Of a stretch of DNA of 64,000 nucleotides, positions 31,541 to 46,500 are shown piece after piece (within the stretch, counting starts at the first letter, position 1; the number at the start of each line of letters is the position of its first letter). The stretch spans positions 5,270,001 to 5,334,000 of the forward strand of contig OZ024742.1 in the NCBI GenBank assembly GCA_964016885.1, written 5' to 3'. The position numbers and the translations under genes were made by a program. This stretch comes from Eledone cirrhosa. Lineage: Eukaryota. Below the pieces are notes generated by a model, which saw nothing but the letters and a program-made list of their open reading frames with translations, had not been told where the DNA came from and did no database searches.

Positions 31541-34500
31541 CTACACACCTGACTAAATAGGTTAGTTACTCTACACACCTGACTAAATAGGTTAGTTACT
31601 CTACACACCTGACTAAATAGGTTAGTTACTCTACACACCTGACTAAATAGGTTAGTTACTCTACACACCTGACTAAATAGGTTAGTTAGTCGACACACCT
31701 GACTAAATAGGATAGTTACTCTACACACCTGACTAAATAGGTTAGTTACTCTACACACCTGACTAAATAGGTTAGTTAGTCGACACACCTGACTAAATAG
31801 GATAGTTAGTCTACACACCTGACTAAATAGGTTAGTTACTCTACACACCTGACTAAATAGGTTAGTTACTCTACACACCCGACAAATAGTTTAGTTACTC
31901 TACACACCTGACTAAATAGGTTAGTTACTCTACACACCTGACTAAATAGGTTAGTTACTCTACACACCTGACTAAATAGGTTAGTTAGTCTACAGACCAG
32001 ACTAAATAGGTTAGTTACTCTACACACCTGACTAAATAGGTTAGTTACTCTACACACCCGACAAATAGTTTAGTTACTCTACACACCTGACTAAATAGGT
32101 TAGTTACTCTACACACCTGACTAAATAGGTTAGTTACTCTACACACCTGACTAAATAGGTTAGTTACTCTACACACCCGACAAATAGTTTAGTTACTCTA
32201 CACACCTGACTAAATAGGTTAGTTACTCTACACACCCGACAAATAGTTTAGTTACTCTACACACCTGACTAAATAGGTTAGTTACTCTACACACCCGACA
32301 AATAGTTTAGTTGCTCTACACACCTGACTAAAAAGGTTAGTTACTCTACATATCTGACTAAATAGGTTAGTTACTCTACACACCTGACAAATAGTTTAGT
32401 TAGTCTACACACCTGACTAAATAGGTTAGTTAGTCTACACACCTGACTAAATAGGTTAGTTACTCTACACACCTGACTAAAAAGGTTAGTTACTCTACAT
32501 ATCTGACTAAATAGGTTAGTTACTCTACACACCTAACTAAATAGGTTAGTTACTCTACACACCTGACTAAATAGGTTAGTTACTCTACACACCTGACTAA
32601 ATAGGTTAGTTACTCTACACACCTGACTAAATAGGTTAGTTACTCTACATATCTGACTAAATAGGTTAGTTACTCTACACACCTAACTAAATAGGTTAGT
32701 TACTCTACACACCCGACAAATAGTTTAGTTGCTCTACACACCTGACTAAAAAGGTTAGTTACTGTACATATCTGACTAAATAGGTTAGTTACTCTACACA
32801 CCTAACTAAATAGGTTAGTTACTCTACACACCTGACTAAATAGGTTAGTTACTCTACACACCTGACTAAATAGGTTAGTTACTCTACACACCCGACAAAT
32901 AGTTTAGTTACTCTACACACCTGACTAAATAGGTTAGTTACTCTACACACCTAACTAAATAGGTTAGTTACTCTACACACCTGACAAATAGTTTAGTTAC
33001 TCTACATATCTGACTAAATAGGTTAGTTACTCTACACACCTGACTAAATAGGTTAGTTACTCTACACACCTGACTAAATAGGTTAGTTACTCTACACACC
33101 AGGACAAATAGTTTAGTTACTCTACACACCTGACTAAATAGTTTAGTTACTCTACACACCTGACTAAATAGATTAGTTACTCTACACACCTGACTAAAAA
33201 GGTTAGTTACTCTACACACCCGACAAATAGTTTAGTTAGTCTACACACCTGACTAAATAGGTTAGTTACTCTACACACCTGACTAAATAGGTTAGTTACT
33301 CTACATATATAACTAAATAGGTTAGTTACTCTACACACCTGACAAATAGTTTAGTTACTCTACACACCTGACTAAATAGGTTAGTTAGTCTACACACCTG
33401 ACAAATAGTTTAGTTACTCTACATATCTGACTAAATAGGTTAGTTACTCTACACACCTGACTAAATAGGTTAGTTACTCTACACACCCGACAAATAGTTT
33501 AGTTACTCTACACACCTGACTAAATAGGTTAGTTACTCTACACACCTGACAAATAGTTTAGTTACTCTACACACCTGACTAAATAGGTTAGTTACTCTAC
33601 ACACCCGACAAATAGTTTAGTTACTCTACACACCTGACTAAATAGGTTAATTACTCTACACACCCGACAAATAGTTTAGTTACTCTACACACCTGACTAA
33701 ATAGGTTAATTACTCTACACACCCGACAAATAGTTTAGTTACTCTACACACCCGACAAATAGTTTAGTTACTCTACATATCTGACTAAATAGGTTAGTTA
33801 CTCTACACACCTGACTAAATAGGTTAGTTACTCTACACACCCGACAAATAGTTTAGTTACTCTACATATCTGACTAAATAGGTTAGTTACTCTACACACC
33901 TGACTAAATAGGTTAGTTACTCTACACACCTGACTAAATAGGTTAGTTACTCTACACACCTGACAAATAGTTTAGTTACTCTACACACCTGACTAAATAG
34001 GTTAGTTACTCTACACACCCGACAAATAGTTTAGTTACTCTACACACCTGACTAAATAGGTTAATTACTCTACACACCCGACAAATAGTTTAGTTACTCA
34101 ACACACCCGACAAATAGTTTAGTTACTCTACATATCTGACTAAATAGGTTAGTTACTCTACACACCTGACTAAATAGGTTAGTTACTCTACACACCTGAC
34201 AAATAGTTTAGTTACTCTACATATCTGACTAAATAGGTTAGTTACTCTACACACCTGACAGATAGTTTAGTTACTCTACATATCTGACTAAATAGGTTAG
34301 TTACTCTACACACCTGACTAAATAGGTTAGTTACTCTACATATCTGACTAAATAGGTTAGTTACTCTACACACCTGACTAAATAGTTTAGTTACTCTACA
34401 TACCTGACTAAATAGGTTAGTTACTCTACATACCTGACTAAAAAGGTTAGTTAGTCTACACACCTGACTAAATAGTTTAGTTACTCTACACACCTGACTA

Positions 34501-37500
34501 AATAGGTTAGTTAGTCTACATACCTGACTAAATAAGTTAGTTACTCTACATACCTGACTAAAAAGGTTAGTTAGTCTACAGACCAGACTAAATAGGTTAG
34601 TTACTCTACACACCTGACAAATAGTTTAGTTACTCTACACACCTGACTAAATAGGTTAGTTACTCTACATACCTGACTAAAAAGGTTAGTTACTCTACAC
34701 ACCTGACTAAATAGGTTAGTTACTCTACACACCTGACTAAATAGGTTAGTTACTCTACACACCCGACAAATAGTTTAGTTACTCTACACACCTGACTAAA
34801 TAGGTTAGTTACTCTACACACCTGACAAATAGTTTAGTTACTCTACATATCTGACTAAATAGGTTAGTTACTCTACACACCTGACTAAATAGGTTAGTTA
34901 GTCTACAGACCAGACTAAATAGGTTAGTTACTCTACACACCTGACTAAATAGGTTAGTTACTCTACACACCCGACTAAATAGGTTAGTTAGTCTACAGAC
35001 CAGACTAAATAGGTTAGTTACTCTACACACCTGACTAAATAGGTTAGTTACCCTACATACATGACTAAATAGGTTAGTTACTCTACACACCTGACTAAAA
35101 AGGTTAGTTACTCTACACACCTAACTAAATAGGTTAGTTACTCTACACACCTGACTAAATAGGTTAGTTACTCTACACACCTGACTAAATAGGTTAGTTA
35201 CTCTACACACCCGACTAAATAGGTTAGTTAGTCTACAGACCAGACTAAATAGGTTAGTTACTCTACACACCTGACTAAATAGGTTAGTTACCCTACATAC
35301 ATGACTAAATAGGTTAGTTACTCTACACACCTGACTAAAAAGGTTAGTTACTCTACATATCTGACTAAATAGGTTAGTTACTCTACACACCTGACTAAAT
35401 AGGTTAGTTACTCTACACACCTGACTAAATAGGTTAGTTACTCTACACACCCGACTAAATAGGTTAGTTAGTCTACAGACCAGACTAAATAGGTTAGTTA
35501 CTCTACACACCTGACTAAATAGGTTAGTTACCCTACATACATGACTAAATAGGTTAGTTACTCTATACACCTGACTAAAAAGGTTAGTTACTCTACATAT
35601 CTGACTAAATAGGTTAGTTACTCTACACACCTGACTAAATAGGTTAGTTACTCTACACACCTGACTAAATAGGTTAGTTACTCTACACACCCGACTAAAT
35701 AGGTTAGTTAGTCTACAGACCAGACTAAATAGGTTAGTTACTCTACACACCTGACTAAATAGGTTAGTTACCCTACATACATGACTAAATAGGTTAGTTA
35801 CTCTACACACCTGACTAAAAAGGTTAGTTACTCTACATATCTGACTAAATAGGTTAGTTACTCTACACACCTGACTAAATAGGTTAGTTACTCTACACAC
35901 CTGACTAAAAAGGTTAGTTACTCTACACACCTGACTAAATAGGTTAGTTACTCTACACACCCGACTAAATAGGTTAGTTAGTCTACAGACCAGACTAAAA
36001 AGGTTAGTTACTCTACACACCTGACTAAATAGGTTAGTTACTCTACACACCTGACTAAATAGGTTAGTTACTCTACACACCTGACTAAATAGGTTAGTTA
36101 CTCTACACACCTGACTAAATAGGTTAGTTACCCTACATACATGACTAAATAGGTTAGTTACTCTACACACCTGACTAAAAAGGTTAGTTACTCTACATAT
36201 CTGACTAAATAGGTTAGTTACTCTACACACCTGACTAAATAGGTTAGTTACTCTACACACCTGACTAAAAAGGTTAGTTACTCTACACACCTGACTAAAT
36301 AGGTTAGTTACTCTACACACCCGACTAAATAGGTTAGTTAGTCTACAGACCAGACTAAAAAGGTTAGTTACTCTACACACCTGACTAAATAGGTTAGTTA
36401 CTCTACACACCTGACTAAATAGGTTAGTTACTCTACACACCTGACTAAATAGGTTAGTTACTCTACACACCTGACTAAATAGGTTAGTTACCCTACATAC
36501 ATGACTAAATAGGTTAGTTACTCTACACACCTGACTAAATAGGTTAGTTACTCTACACACCTGACTAAATAGGTTAGTTACCCTACATACATGACTAAAT
36601 AGGTTAGTTACTCTACACACCTGACTAAATAGGTTAGTTACTCTACACACCTGACTAAATAGGTTAGTTACCCTACATACATGACTAAATAGGTTAGTTA
36701 CTCTACACACCCGACTAAATAGGTTAGTTAGTCTACAGACCAGACTAAAAAGGTTAGTTACTCTACACACCTGACTAAATAGGTTAGTTACTCTACACAC
36801 CTGACTAAATAGGTTAGTTACTCTACACACCTGACTAAATAGGTTAGTTACTCTACACACCTGACTAAATAGTTTAGTTACTCTACACACCTGACTAAAT
36901 AGGTTAGTTAGTCTACACACCTGACAAATAGTTTAGTTACTCTACACACCTGACTAAATAAGTTAGTTAGTCTACACACCTGACTAAATAGGTTAGTTAG
37001 TCTACACACCTGACTAAATAGGTTAGTTAGTCTACACAACAGACTAAAAAGGTTAGTTACTCTACACACCTGACTAAATAGGTTAGTTACTCTACACACC
37101 TGACTAAATAGGTTAGTTACTCTACACACCCGACTAAATAGGTTAGTTAGTCTACAGACCAGACTAAATAGGTTAGTTACTCTACACACCTGACTAAATA
37201 GGTTAGTTACTCTACATACATGACTAAATAGGTTAGTTACTCTACACACCTGACTAAAAAGGTTAGTTACTCTACATATCTGACTAAATAGGTTAGTTAC
37301 TCTACACACCTGACTAAATAGGTTAGTTACTCTACACACCTGACTAAATAGGTTAGTTACTCTACACACCTGACTAAATAGGTTAGTTACTCTACACACC
37401 TGACTAAATAGGTTAGTTAGTCTACACACCTGACTAAATAGGTTAGTTACTCTAAACACCTGACTAAATAGGTTAGTTACTCTACACACCTGACTAAATA

Positions 37501-40500
37501 GGTTAGTTACTCTACACACCTGACTAAATAGTTTAGTTACTCTACACACCTGACTAAAAAGGTTAGTTACTCTACACACCTGACAAATAGTTTAGTTACT
37601 CTACACACCTGACTAAAAAGGTTAGTTAGTCTACACACCTGACAAATAGTTTAGTTACTCTACACACCTGACTAAATAGGTTAGTTAGTCTACACACCTG
37701 ACTAAATAGTTTAGTTACTCTACACACCTGACTAAATAGGTTAGTTAGTCTACACACCTGACAAATAGTTTAGTTACTCTACACACCTGACTAAATAGGT
37801 TAGTTAGTCTACACACCTGACTAAATAGTTTAGTTACTCTACACAACTCTACTAAATAGGTTAGTTAGTCTACACACCTGACTAAATAGGTTAGTTACTC
37901 TACATACCTGACTAAATAGTTTAGTTACTCTACACACCTGACTAAATAGGTTAGTTAGTCTACACACCTGACAAATAGTTTAGTTACTCTACACACCTGA
38001 CTAAATAAGTTAGTTAGTCTACACACCTGACTAAATAGGTTAGTTAGTCTACACACCTGACTAAATAGGTTAGTTAGTCTACACAACAGACTAAAAAGGT
38101 TAGTTACTCTACACACCTGACTAAATAGGTTAGTTACTCTACACCCCTGACAAATACTTTAGTTACTCTACAAACCTGACAAATAGTTTAGTTACTCTAC
38201 ACACCTGACTAAATAGGTTAGTTAGTCTACACACCTGACTAAATAGGTTAGTTACTCTACACCCCTGACAAATACTTTAGTTACTCTACACACCTGACAA
38301 ATAGTTTAGTTACTCTACACACCTGACTAAATAGGTTAGTTAGTCTACACACCTGACTAAATAGGTTAGTTACTCTACACACCTGACTAAATAGGTTAGT
38401 TACTCTACACACCTGACAAATAGTTTAGTTACTCTACACACCTGACTAAATAGGTTAGTTAGTCTACATACCTGACTAAATAGGTTAGTTACTCTACACA
38501 CCTGACTAAATAGGTTAGTTACTCTACACACCAGGACAAATAGTTTAGTTACTCTACACACCTGACTAAATAGTTTAGTTACTCTACACACCTGACTAAA
38601 TAGATTAGTTACTCTACACACCTGACTAAAAAGGTTAGTTACTCTACACACCCGACAAATAGTTTAGTTAGTCTACACACCTGACTAAATAGGTTAGTTA
38701 CTCTACACACCTGACTAAATAGGTTAGTTACTCTACATATATAACTAAATAGGTTAGTTACTCTACACACCTGACAAATAGTTTAGTTACTCTACACACC
38801 TGACTAAATAGGTTAGTTAGTCTACACACCTGACAAATAGTTTAGTTACTCTACATATCTGACTAAATAGGTTAGTTACTCTACACACCTGACTAAATAG
38901 GTTAGTTACTCTACACACCCGACAAATAGTTTAGTTACTCTACACACCTGACTAAATAGGTTAGTTACTCTACACACCTGACAAATAGTTTAGTTACTCT
39001 ACACACCTGACTAAATAGGTTAGTTACTCTACACACCCGACAAATAGTTTAGTTACTCTACACACCTGACTAAATAGGTTAATTACTCTACACACCCGAC
39101 AAATAGTTTAGTTACTCTACACACCTGACTAAATAGGTTAATTACTCTACACACCCGACAAATAGTTTAGTTACTCTACACACCCGACAAATAGTTTAGT
39201 TACTCTACATATCTGACTAAATAGGTTAGTTACTCTACACACCTGACTAAATAGGTTAGTTACTCTACACACCCGACAAATAGTTTAGTTACTCTACATA
39301 TCTGACTAAATAGGTTAGTTACTCTACACACCTGACTAAATAGGTTAGTTACTCTACACACCTGACTAAATAGGTTAGTTACTCTACACACCTGACAAAT
39401 AGTTTAGTTACTCTACACACCTGACTAAATAGGTTAGTTACTCTACACACCCGACAAATAGTTTAGTTACTCTACACACCTGACTAAATAGGTTAATTAC
39501 TCTACACACCCGACAAATAGTTTAGTTACTCTACACACCCGACAAATAGTTTAGTTACTCTACATATCTGACTAAATAGGTTAGTTACTCTACACACCTG
39601 ACAAATAGTTTAGTTACTCTACATATCTGACTAAATAGGTTAGTTACTCTACACACCTGACAGATAGTTTAGTTACTCTACATATCTGACTAAATAGGTT
39701 AGTTACTCTACACACCTGACTAAATAGGTTAGTTACTCTACATATCTGACTAAATAGGTTAGTTACTCTACACACCTGACTAAATAGTTTAGTTACTCTA
39801 CATACCTGACTAATTAGGTTAGTTACTCTACATACCTGACTAAAAAGGTTAGTTAGTCTACACACCTGACTAAATAGTTTAGTTACTCTACACACCTGAC
39901 TAAATAGGTTAGTTAGTCTACATACCTGACTAAATAGGTTAGTTACTCTACATACCTGACTAAAAAGGTTAGTTAGTCTACAGACCAGACTAAATAGGTT
40001 AGTTACTCTACACACCTGACAAATAGTTTAGTTACTCTACACACCTGACTAAATAGGTTAGTTACTCTACATACCTGACTAAAAAGGTTAGTTACTCTAC
40101 ACACCTGACTAAATAGGTTAGTTACTCTACACACCTGACTAAATAGGTTAGTTACTCTACACACCCGACAAATAGTTTAGTTACTCTACACACCTGACTA
40201 AATAGGTTAGTTACTCTACACACCTGACAAATAGTTTAGTTACTCTACATATCTGACTAAATAGGTTAGTTACTCTACACACCTGACTAAATAGGTTAGT
40301 TTGTCTACAGACCAGACTAAATAGGTTAGTTACTCTACACACCTGACTAAATAGGTTAGTTACTCTACACACCCGACTAAATAGGTTAGTTAGTCTACAG
40401 ACCAGACTAAATAGGTTAGTTACTCTACACACCTGACTAAATAGGTTAGTTACCCTACATACATGACTAAATAGGTTAGTTACTCTACACACCTGACTAA

Positions 40501-43500
40501 AAAGGTTAGTTACTCTACACACCTAACTAAATAGGTTAGTTACTCTACACACCTGACTAAATAGGTTAGTTACTCTACACACCTGACTAAATAGGTTAGT
40601 TACTCTACACACCCGACTAAATAGGTTAGTTAGTCTACAGACCAGACTAAATAGGTTAGTTACTCTACACACCTGACTAAATAGGTTAGTTACCCTACAT
40701 ACATGACTAAATAGGTTAGTTACTCTACACACCTGACTAAAAAGGTTAGTTACTCTACATATCTGACTAAATAGGTTAGTTACTCTACACACCTGACTAA
40801 ATAGGTTAGTTACTCTACACACCTGACTAAATAGGTTAGTTACTCTACACACCCGACTAAATAGGTTAGTTAGTCTACAGACCAGACTAAATAGGTTAGT
40901 TACTCTACACACCTGACTAAATAGGTTAGTTACCCTACATACATGACTAAATAGGTTAGTTACTCTATACACCTGACTAAAAAGGTTAGTTTCTCTACAT
41001 ATCTGACTAAATAGGTTAGTTACTCTACACACCTGACTAAATAGGTTAGTTACTCTACACACCTGACTAAATAGGTTAGTTACTCTACACACCCGACTAA
41101 ATAGGTTAGTTAGTCTACAGACCAGACTAAATAGGTTAGTTATTCTACACACCTGACTAAATAGGTTAGTTACCCTACATACATGACTAAATAGGTTAGT
41201 TACTCTACACACCTGACTAAAAAGGTTAGTTACTCTACATATCTGACTAAATAGGTTAGTTACTCTACACACCTGACTAAATAGGTTAGTTACTCTACAC
41301 ACCTGACTAAAAAGGTTAGTTACTCTACACACCTGACTAAATAGGTTAGTTACTCTACACACCCGACTAAATAGGTTAGTTAGTCTACAGACCAGACTAA
41401 AAAGGTTAGTTACTCTACACACCTGACTAAATAGGTTAGTTACTCTACACACCTGACTAAATAGGTTAGTTACTCTACACACCTGACTAAATAGGTTAGT
41501 TACTCTACACACCTGACTAAATAGGTTAGTTACCCTACATACATGACTAAATAGGTTAGTTACTCTACACACCTGACTAAAAAGGTTAGTTACTCTACAT
41601 ATCTGACTAAATAGGTTAGTTACTCTACACACCTGACTAAATAGGTTAGTTACTCTACACACCTGACTAAAAAGGTTAGTTACTCTACACACCTGACTAA
41701 ATAGGTTAGTTACTCTACACACCCGACTAAATAGGTTAGTTAGTCTACAGACCAGACTAAAAAGGTTAGTTACTCTACACACCTGACTAAATAGGTTAGT
41801 TACTCTACACACCTGACTAAATAGGTTAGTTACTCTACACACCTGACTAAATAGGTTAGTTACTCTACACACCTGACTAAATAGGTTAGTTACCCTACAT
41901 ACATGACTAAATAGGTTAGTTACTCTACACACCTGACTAAATAGGTTAGTTACTCTACACACCTGACTAAATAGGTTAGTTACCCTACATACATGACTAA
42001 ATAGGTTAGTTACTCTACACACCTGACTAAATAGGTTAGTTACTCTACACACCTGACTAAATAGGTTAGTTACCCTACATACATGACTAAATAGGTTAGT
42101 TACTCTACACACCCGACTAAATAGGTTAGTTAGTCTACAGACCAGACTAAAAAGGTTAGTTACTCTACACACCTGACTAAATAGGTTAGTTACTCTACAC
42201 ACCTGACTAAATAGGTTAGTTACTCTACACACCTGACTAAATAGGTTAGTTACTCTACACACCTGACTAAATAGTTTAGTTACTCTACACACCTGACTAA
42301 ATAGGTTAGTTAGTCTACACACCTGACAAATAGTTTAGTTACTCTACACACCTGACTAAATAAGTTAGTTAGTCTACACACCTGACTAAATAGGTTAGTT
42401 AGTCTACACACCTGACTAAATAGGTTAGTTAGTCTACACAACAGACTAAAAAGGTTAGTTACTCTACACACCTGACTAAATAGTTTAGTTACTCTACACA
42501 CCTGACTAAATAGGTTAGTTACTCTACACACCCGACTAAATAGGTTAGTTAGTCTACAGACCAGACTAAATAGGTTGGTTACTCTACACACCTGACTAAA
42601 TAGGTTAGTTACTCTACATACATGACTAAATAGGTTAGTTACTCTACACACCTGACTAAAAAGGTTAGTTACTCTACATATCTGACTAAATAGGTTAGTT
42701 ACTCTACACACCTGACTAAATAGGTTAGTTACTCTACACACCTGACTAAATAGGTTAGTTACTCTACACACCTGACTAAATAGGTTAGTTACTCTACACA
42801 CCTGACTAAATAGGTTAGTTAGTCTACACACCTGACTAAATAGGTTAGTTACTCTAAACACCTGACTAAATAGGTTAGTTACTCTACACACCTGACTAAA
42901 TAGGTTAGTTACTCTACACACCTGACTAAATAGTTTAGTTACTCTACACACCTGACTAAAAAGGTTAGTTACTCTACACACCTGACAAATAGTTTAGTTA
43001 CTCTACACACCTGACTAAAAAGGTTAGTTAGTCTACACACCTGACAAATAGTTTAGTTACTCTACACACCTGACTAAATAGGTTAGTTAGTCTACACACC
43101 TGACTAAATAGTTTAGTTACTCTACACACCTGACTAAATAGGTTAGTTAGTCTACACACCTGACAAATAGTTTAGTTACTCTACACACCTGACTAAATAG
43201 GTTAGTTAGTCTACACACCTGACTAAATAGTTTAGTTACTCTACACAACTCTACTAAATAGGTTAGTTAGTCTACACACCTGACTAAATAGGTTTGTTAC
43301 TCTACATACCTGACTAAATAGTTTAGTTACTCTACACACCTGACTAAATAGGTTAGTTAGTCTACACACCTGACAAATAGTTTAGTTACTCTACACACCT
43401 GACTAAATAAGTTAGTTAGTCTACACACCTGACTAAATAGGTTAGTTAGTCTACACACCTGACTAAATAGGTTAGTTAGTCTACACAACAGACTAAAAAG

Positions 43501-46500
43501 GTTAGTTACTCTACACACCTGACTAAATAGGTTAGTTACTCTACACCCCTGACAAATACTTTAGTTACTCTACACACCTGACAAATAGTTTAGTTACTCT
43601 ACACACCTGACTAAATAGGTTAGTTAGTCTACACACCTGACTAAATAGGTTAGTTACTCTACACACCTGACTAAATAGGTTAGTTACTCTACACACCTGA
43701 CAAATAGTTTAGTTACTCTACACACCTGACTAAATAGGTTAGTTAGTCTACATACCTGACTAAATAGGTTAGTTACTCTACACACCTGACTAAATAGGTT
43801 AGTTACTCTACACACCTGACTAAATAGGTTAGTTACTCTACACACCTGACTAAATAGGTTAGTTACTCTACACACCCGACAAATAGTTTAGTTACTCTAC
43901 ACACCTGACTAAATAGGTTAGTTACTCTACATACCTGACTAAATAGGTTAGTTACTCTACACACCTGACTAAATAGGTTAGTTACTCTACATACCTGACT
44001 AAATAGGTTAGTTACTCTACACACCCGACAAATAGTTTAGTTACTCTACACACCTGACTAAATAGGTTAGTTACTCTACATACCTGACTAAATAGGTTAG
44101 TTACTCTACACACCTGACTAAATAGGTTAGTTACTCTACATACCTGACTAAATAGGTTAGTTACTCTACACACCCGACAAATAGTTTAGTTACTCTACAC
44201 ACCCGACAAATAGTTTAGTTACTCTACACACCTGACTAAATAGGTTAGTTACTCTACACACCCGACAAATAGTTTAGTTACTCTACACACCTGACTAAAT
44301 AGGTTAGTTACTCTACATACCTGACTAAATAGGTTAGTTACTCTACACACCCGACAAATAGTTTAGTTACTCTACACACCCGACAAATAGTTTAGTTACT
44401 CTACACACCTGATTAAATAGGTTAGTTACTCTACACACCCGACAAATAGTTTAGTTACTCTACACACCTGATTAAATAGGTTAGTTACTCTACATATCTG
44501 ACTAAATAGTTTAGTTACTCTACACACCTGACTAAATAGGTTAGTTACTCTACACACCTGACTAAATAGGTTAGTTACTCTACACACCTGTCTAAATAGG
44601 TTAGTTACTCTACACACCTGACTAAATAGGTTAGTTAGTCTACATACCTGACTAAATAGGTTAGTTACTCTACACACCTGACTAAATAGGTTAGTTACTC
44701 TACACACCTGACTAAATAGGTTAGTTACTCTACACACCTGACTAAATAGGTTAGTTACTCTACACACCTGACTAAATAGGTTAGTTACTCTACACACCTG
44801 ACTAAATAGGTTAGTTACTCTACACACCTGACTAAATAGGTTAGTTACTCTACACACCTGACTAAATAGGTTAGTTACTCTACATATCTGACTAAATAGG
44901 TTAGTTACTCTACACACCTAACTAAATAGGTTAGTTACTCTACACACCCGACAAATAGTTTAGTTGCTCTACACACCTGACTAAAAAGGTTAGTTACTGT
45001 ACATATCTGACTAAATAGGTTAGTTACTCTACACACCTAACTAAATAGGTTAGTTACTCTACACACCTGACTAAATAGGTTAGTTACTCTACACACCTGA
45101 CTAAATAGGTTAGTTACTCTACACACCCGACAAATAGTTTAGTTACTCTACACACCTGACTAAATAGGTTAGTTACTCTACACACCTAACTAAATAGGTT
45201 AGTTACTCTACACACCTGACAAATAGTTTAGTTACTCTACATATCTGACTAAATAGGTTAGTTACTCTACACACCTGACTAAATAGGTTAGTTACTCTAC
45301 ACACCTGACTAAATAGGTTAGTTACTCTACACACCAGGACAAATAGTTTAGTTACTCTACACACCTGACTAAATAGTTTAGTTACTCTACACACCTGACT
45401 AAATAGATTAGTTACTCTACACACCTGACTAAAAAGGTTAGTTACTCTACACACCCGACAAATAGTTTAGTTAGTCTACACACCTGACTAAATAGGTTAG
45501 TTACTCTACACACCTGACTAAATAGGTTAGTTACTCTACATATCTGACTAAATAGGTTAGTTACTCTACACACCTGACAAATAGTTTAGTTACTCTACAC
45601 ACCTGACTAAATAGGTTAGTTAGTCTACACACCTGACAAATAGTTTAGTTACTCTACATATCTGACTAAATAGGTTAGTTACTCTACACACCTGACTAAA
45701 TAGGTTAGTTACTCTACACACCCGACAAATAGTTTAGTTACTCTACACACCTGACTAAATAGGTTAGTTACTCTACACACCTGACAAATAGTTTAGTTAC
45801 TCTACACACCTGACTAAATAGGTTAGTTACTCTACACACCCGACAAATAGTTTAGTTACTCTACACACCTGACTAAATAGGTTAATTACTCTACACACCC
45901 GACAAATAGTTTAGTTACTCTACACACCTGACTAAATAGGTTAATTACTCTACACACCCGACAAATAGTTTAGTTACTCTACACACCCGACAAATAGTTT
46001 AGTTACTCTACATATCTGACTAAATAGGTTAGTTACTCTACACACCTGACTAAATAGGTTAGTTACTCTACACACCCGACAAATAGTTTAGTTACTCTAC
46101 ATATCTGACTAAATAGGTTAGTTACTCTACACACCTGACTAAATAGGTTAGTTACTCTACACACCTGACTAAATAGGTTAGTTACTCTACACACCTGACA
46201 AATAGTTTAGTTACTCTACACACCTGACTAAATAGGTTAGTTACTCTACACACCCGACAAATAGTTTAGTTACTCTACACACCTGACTAAATAGGTTAAT
46301 TACTCTACACACCCGACAAATAGTTTAGTTACTCTACACACCCGACAAATAGTTTAGTTACTCTACATATCTGACTAAATAGGTTAGTTACTCTACACAC
46401 CTGACTAAATAGGTTAGTTACTCTACACACCTGACAAATAGTTTAGTTACTCTACATTTCTGACTAAATAGGTTAGTTACTCTACACACCTGACAGATAG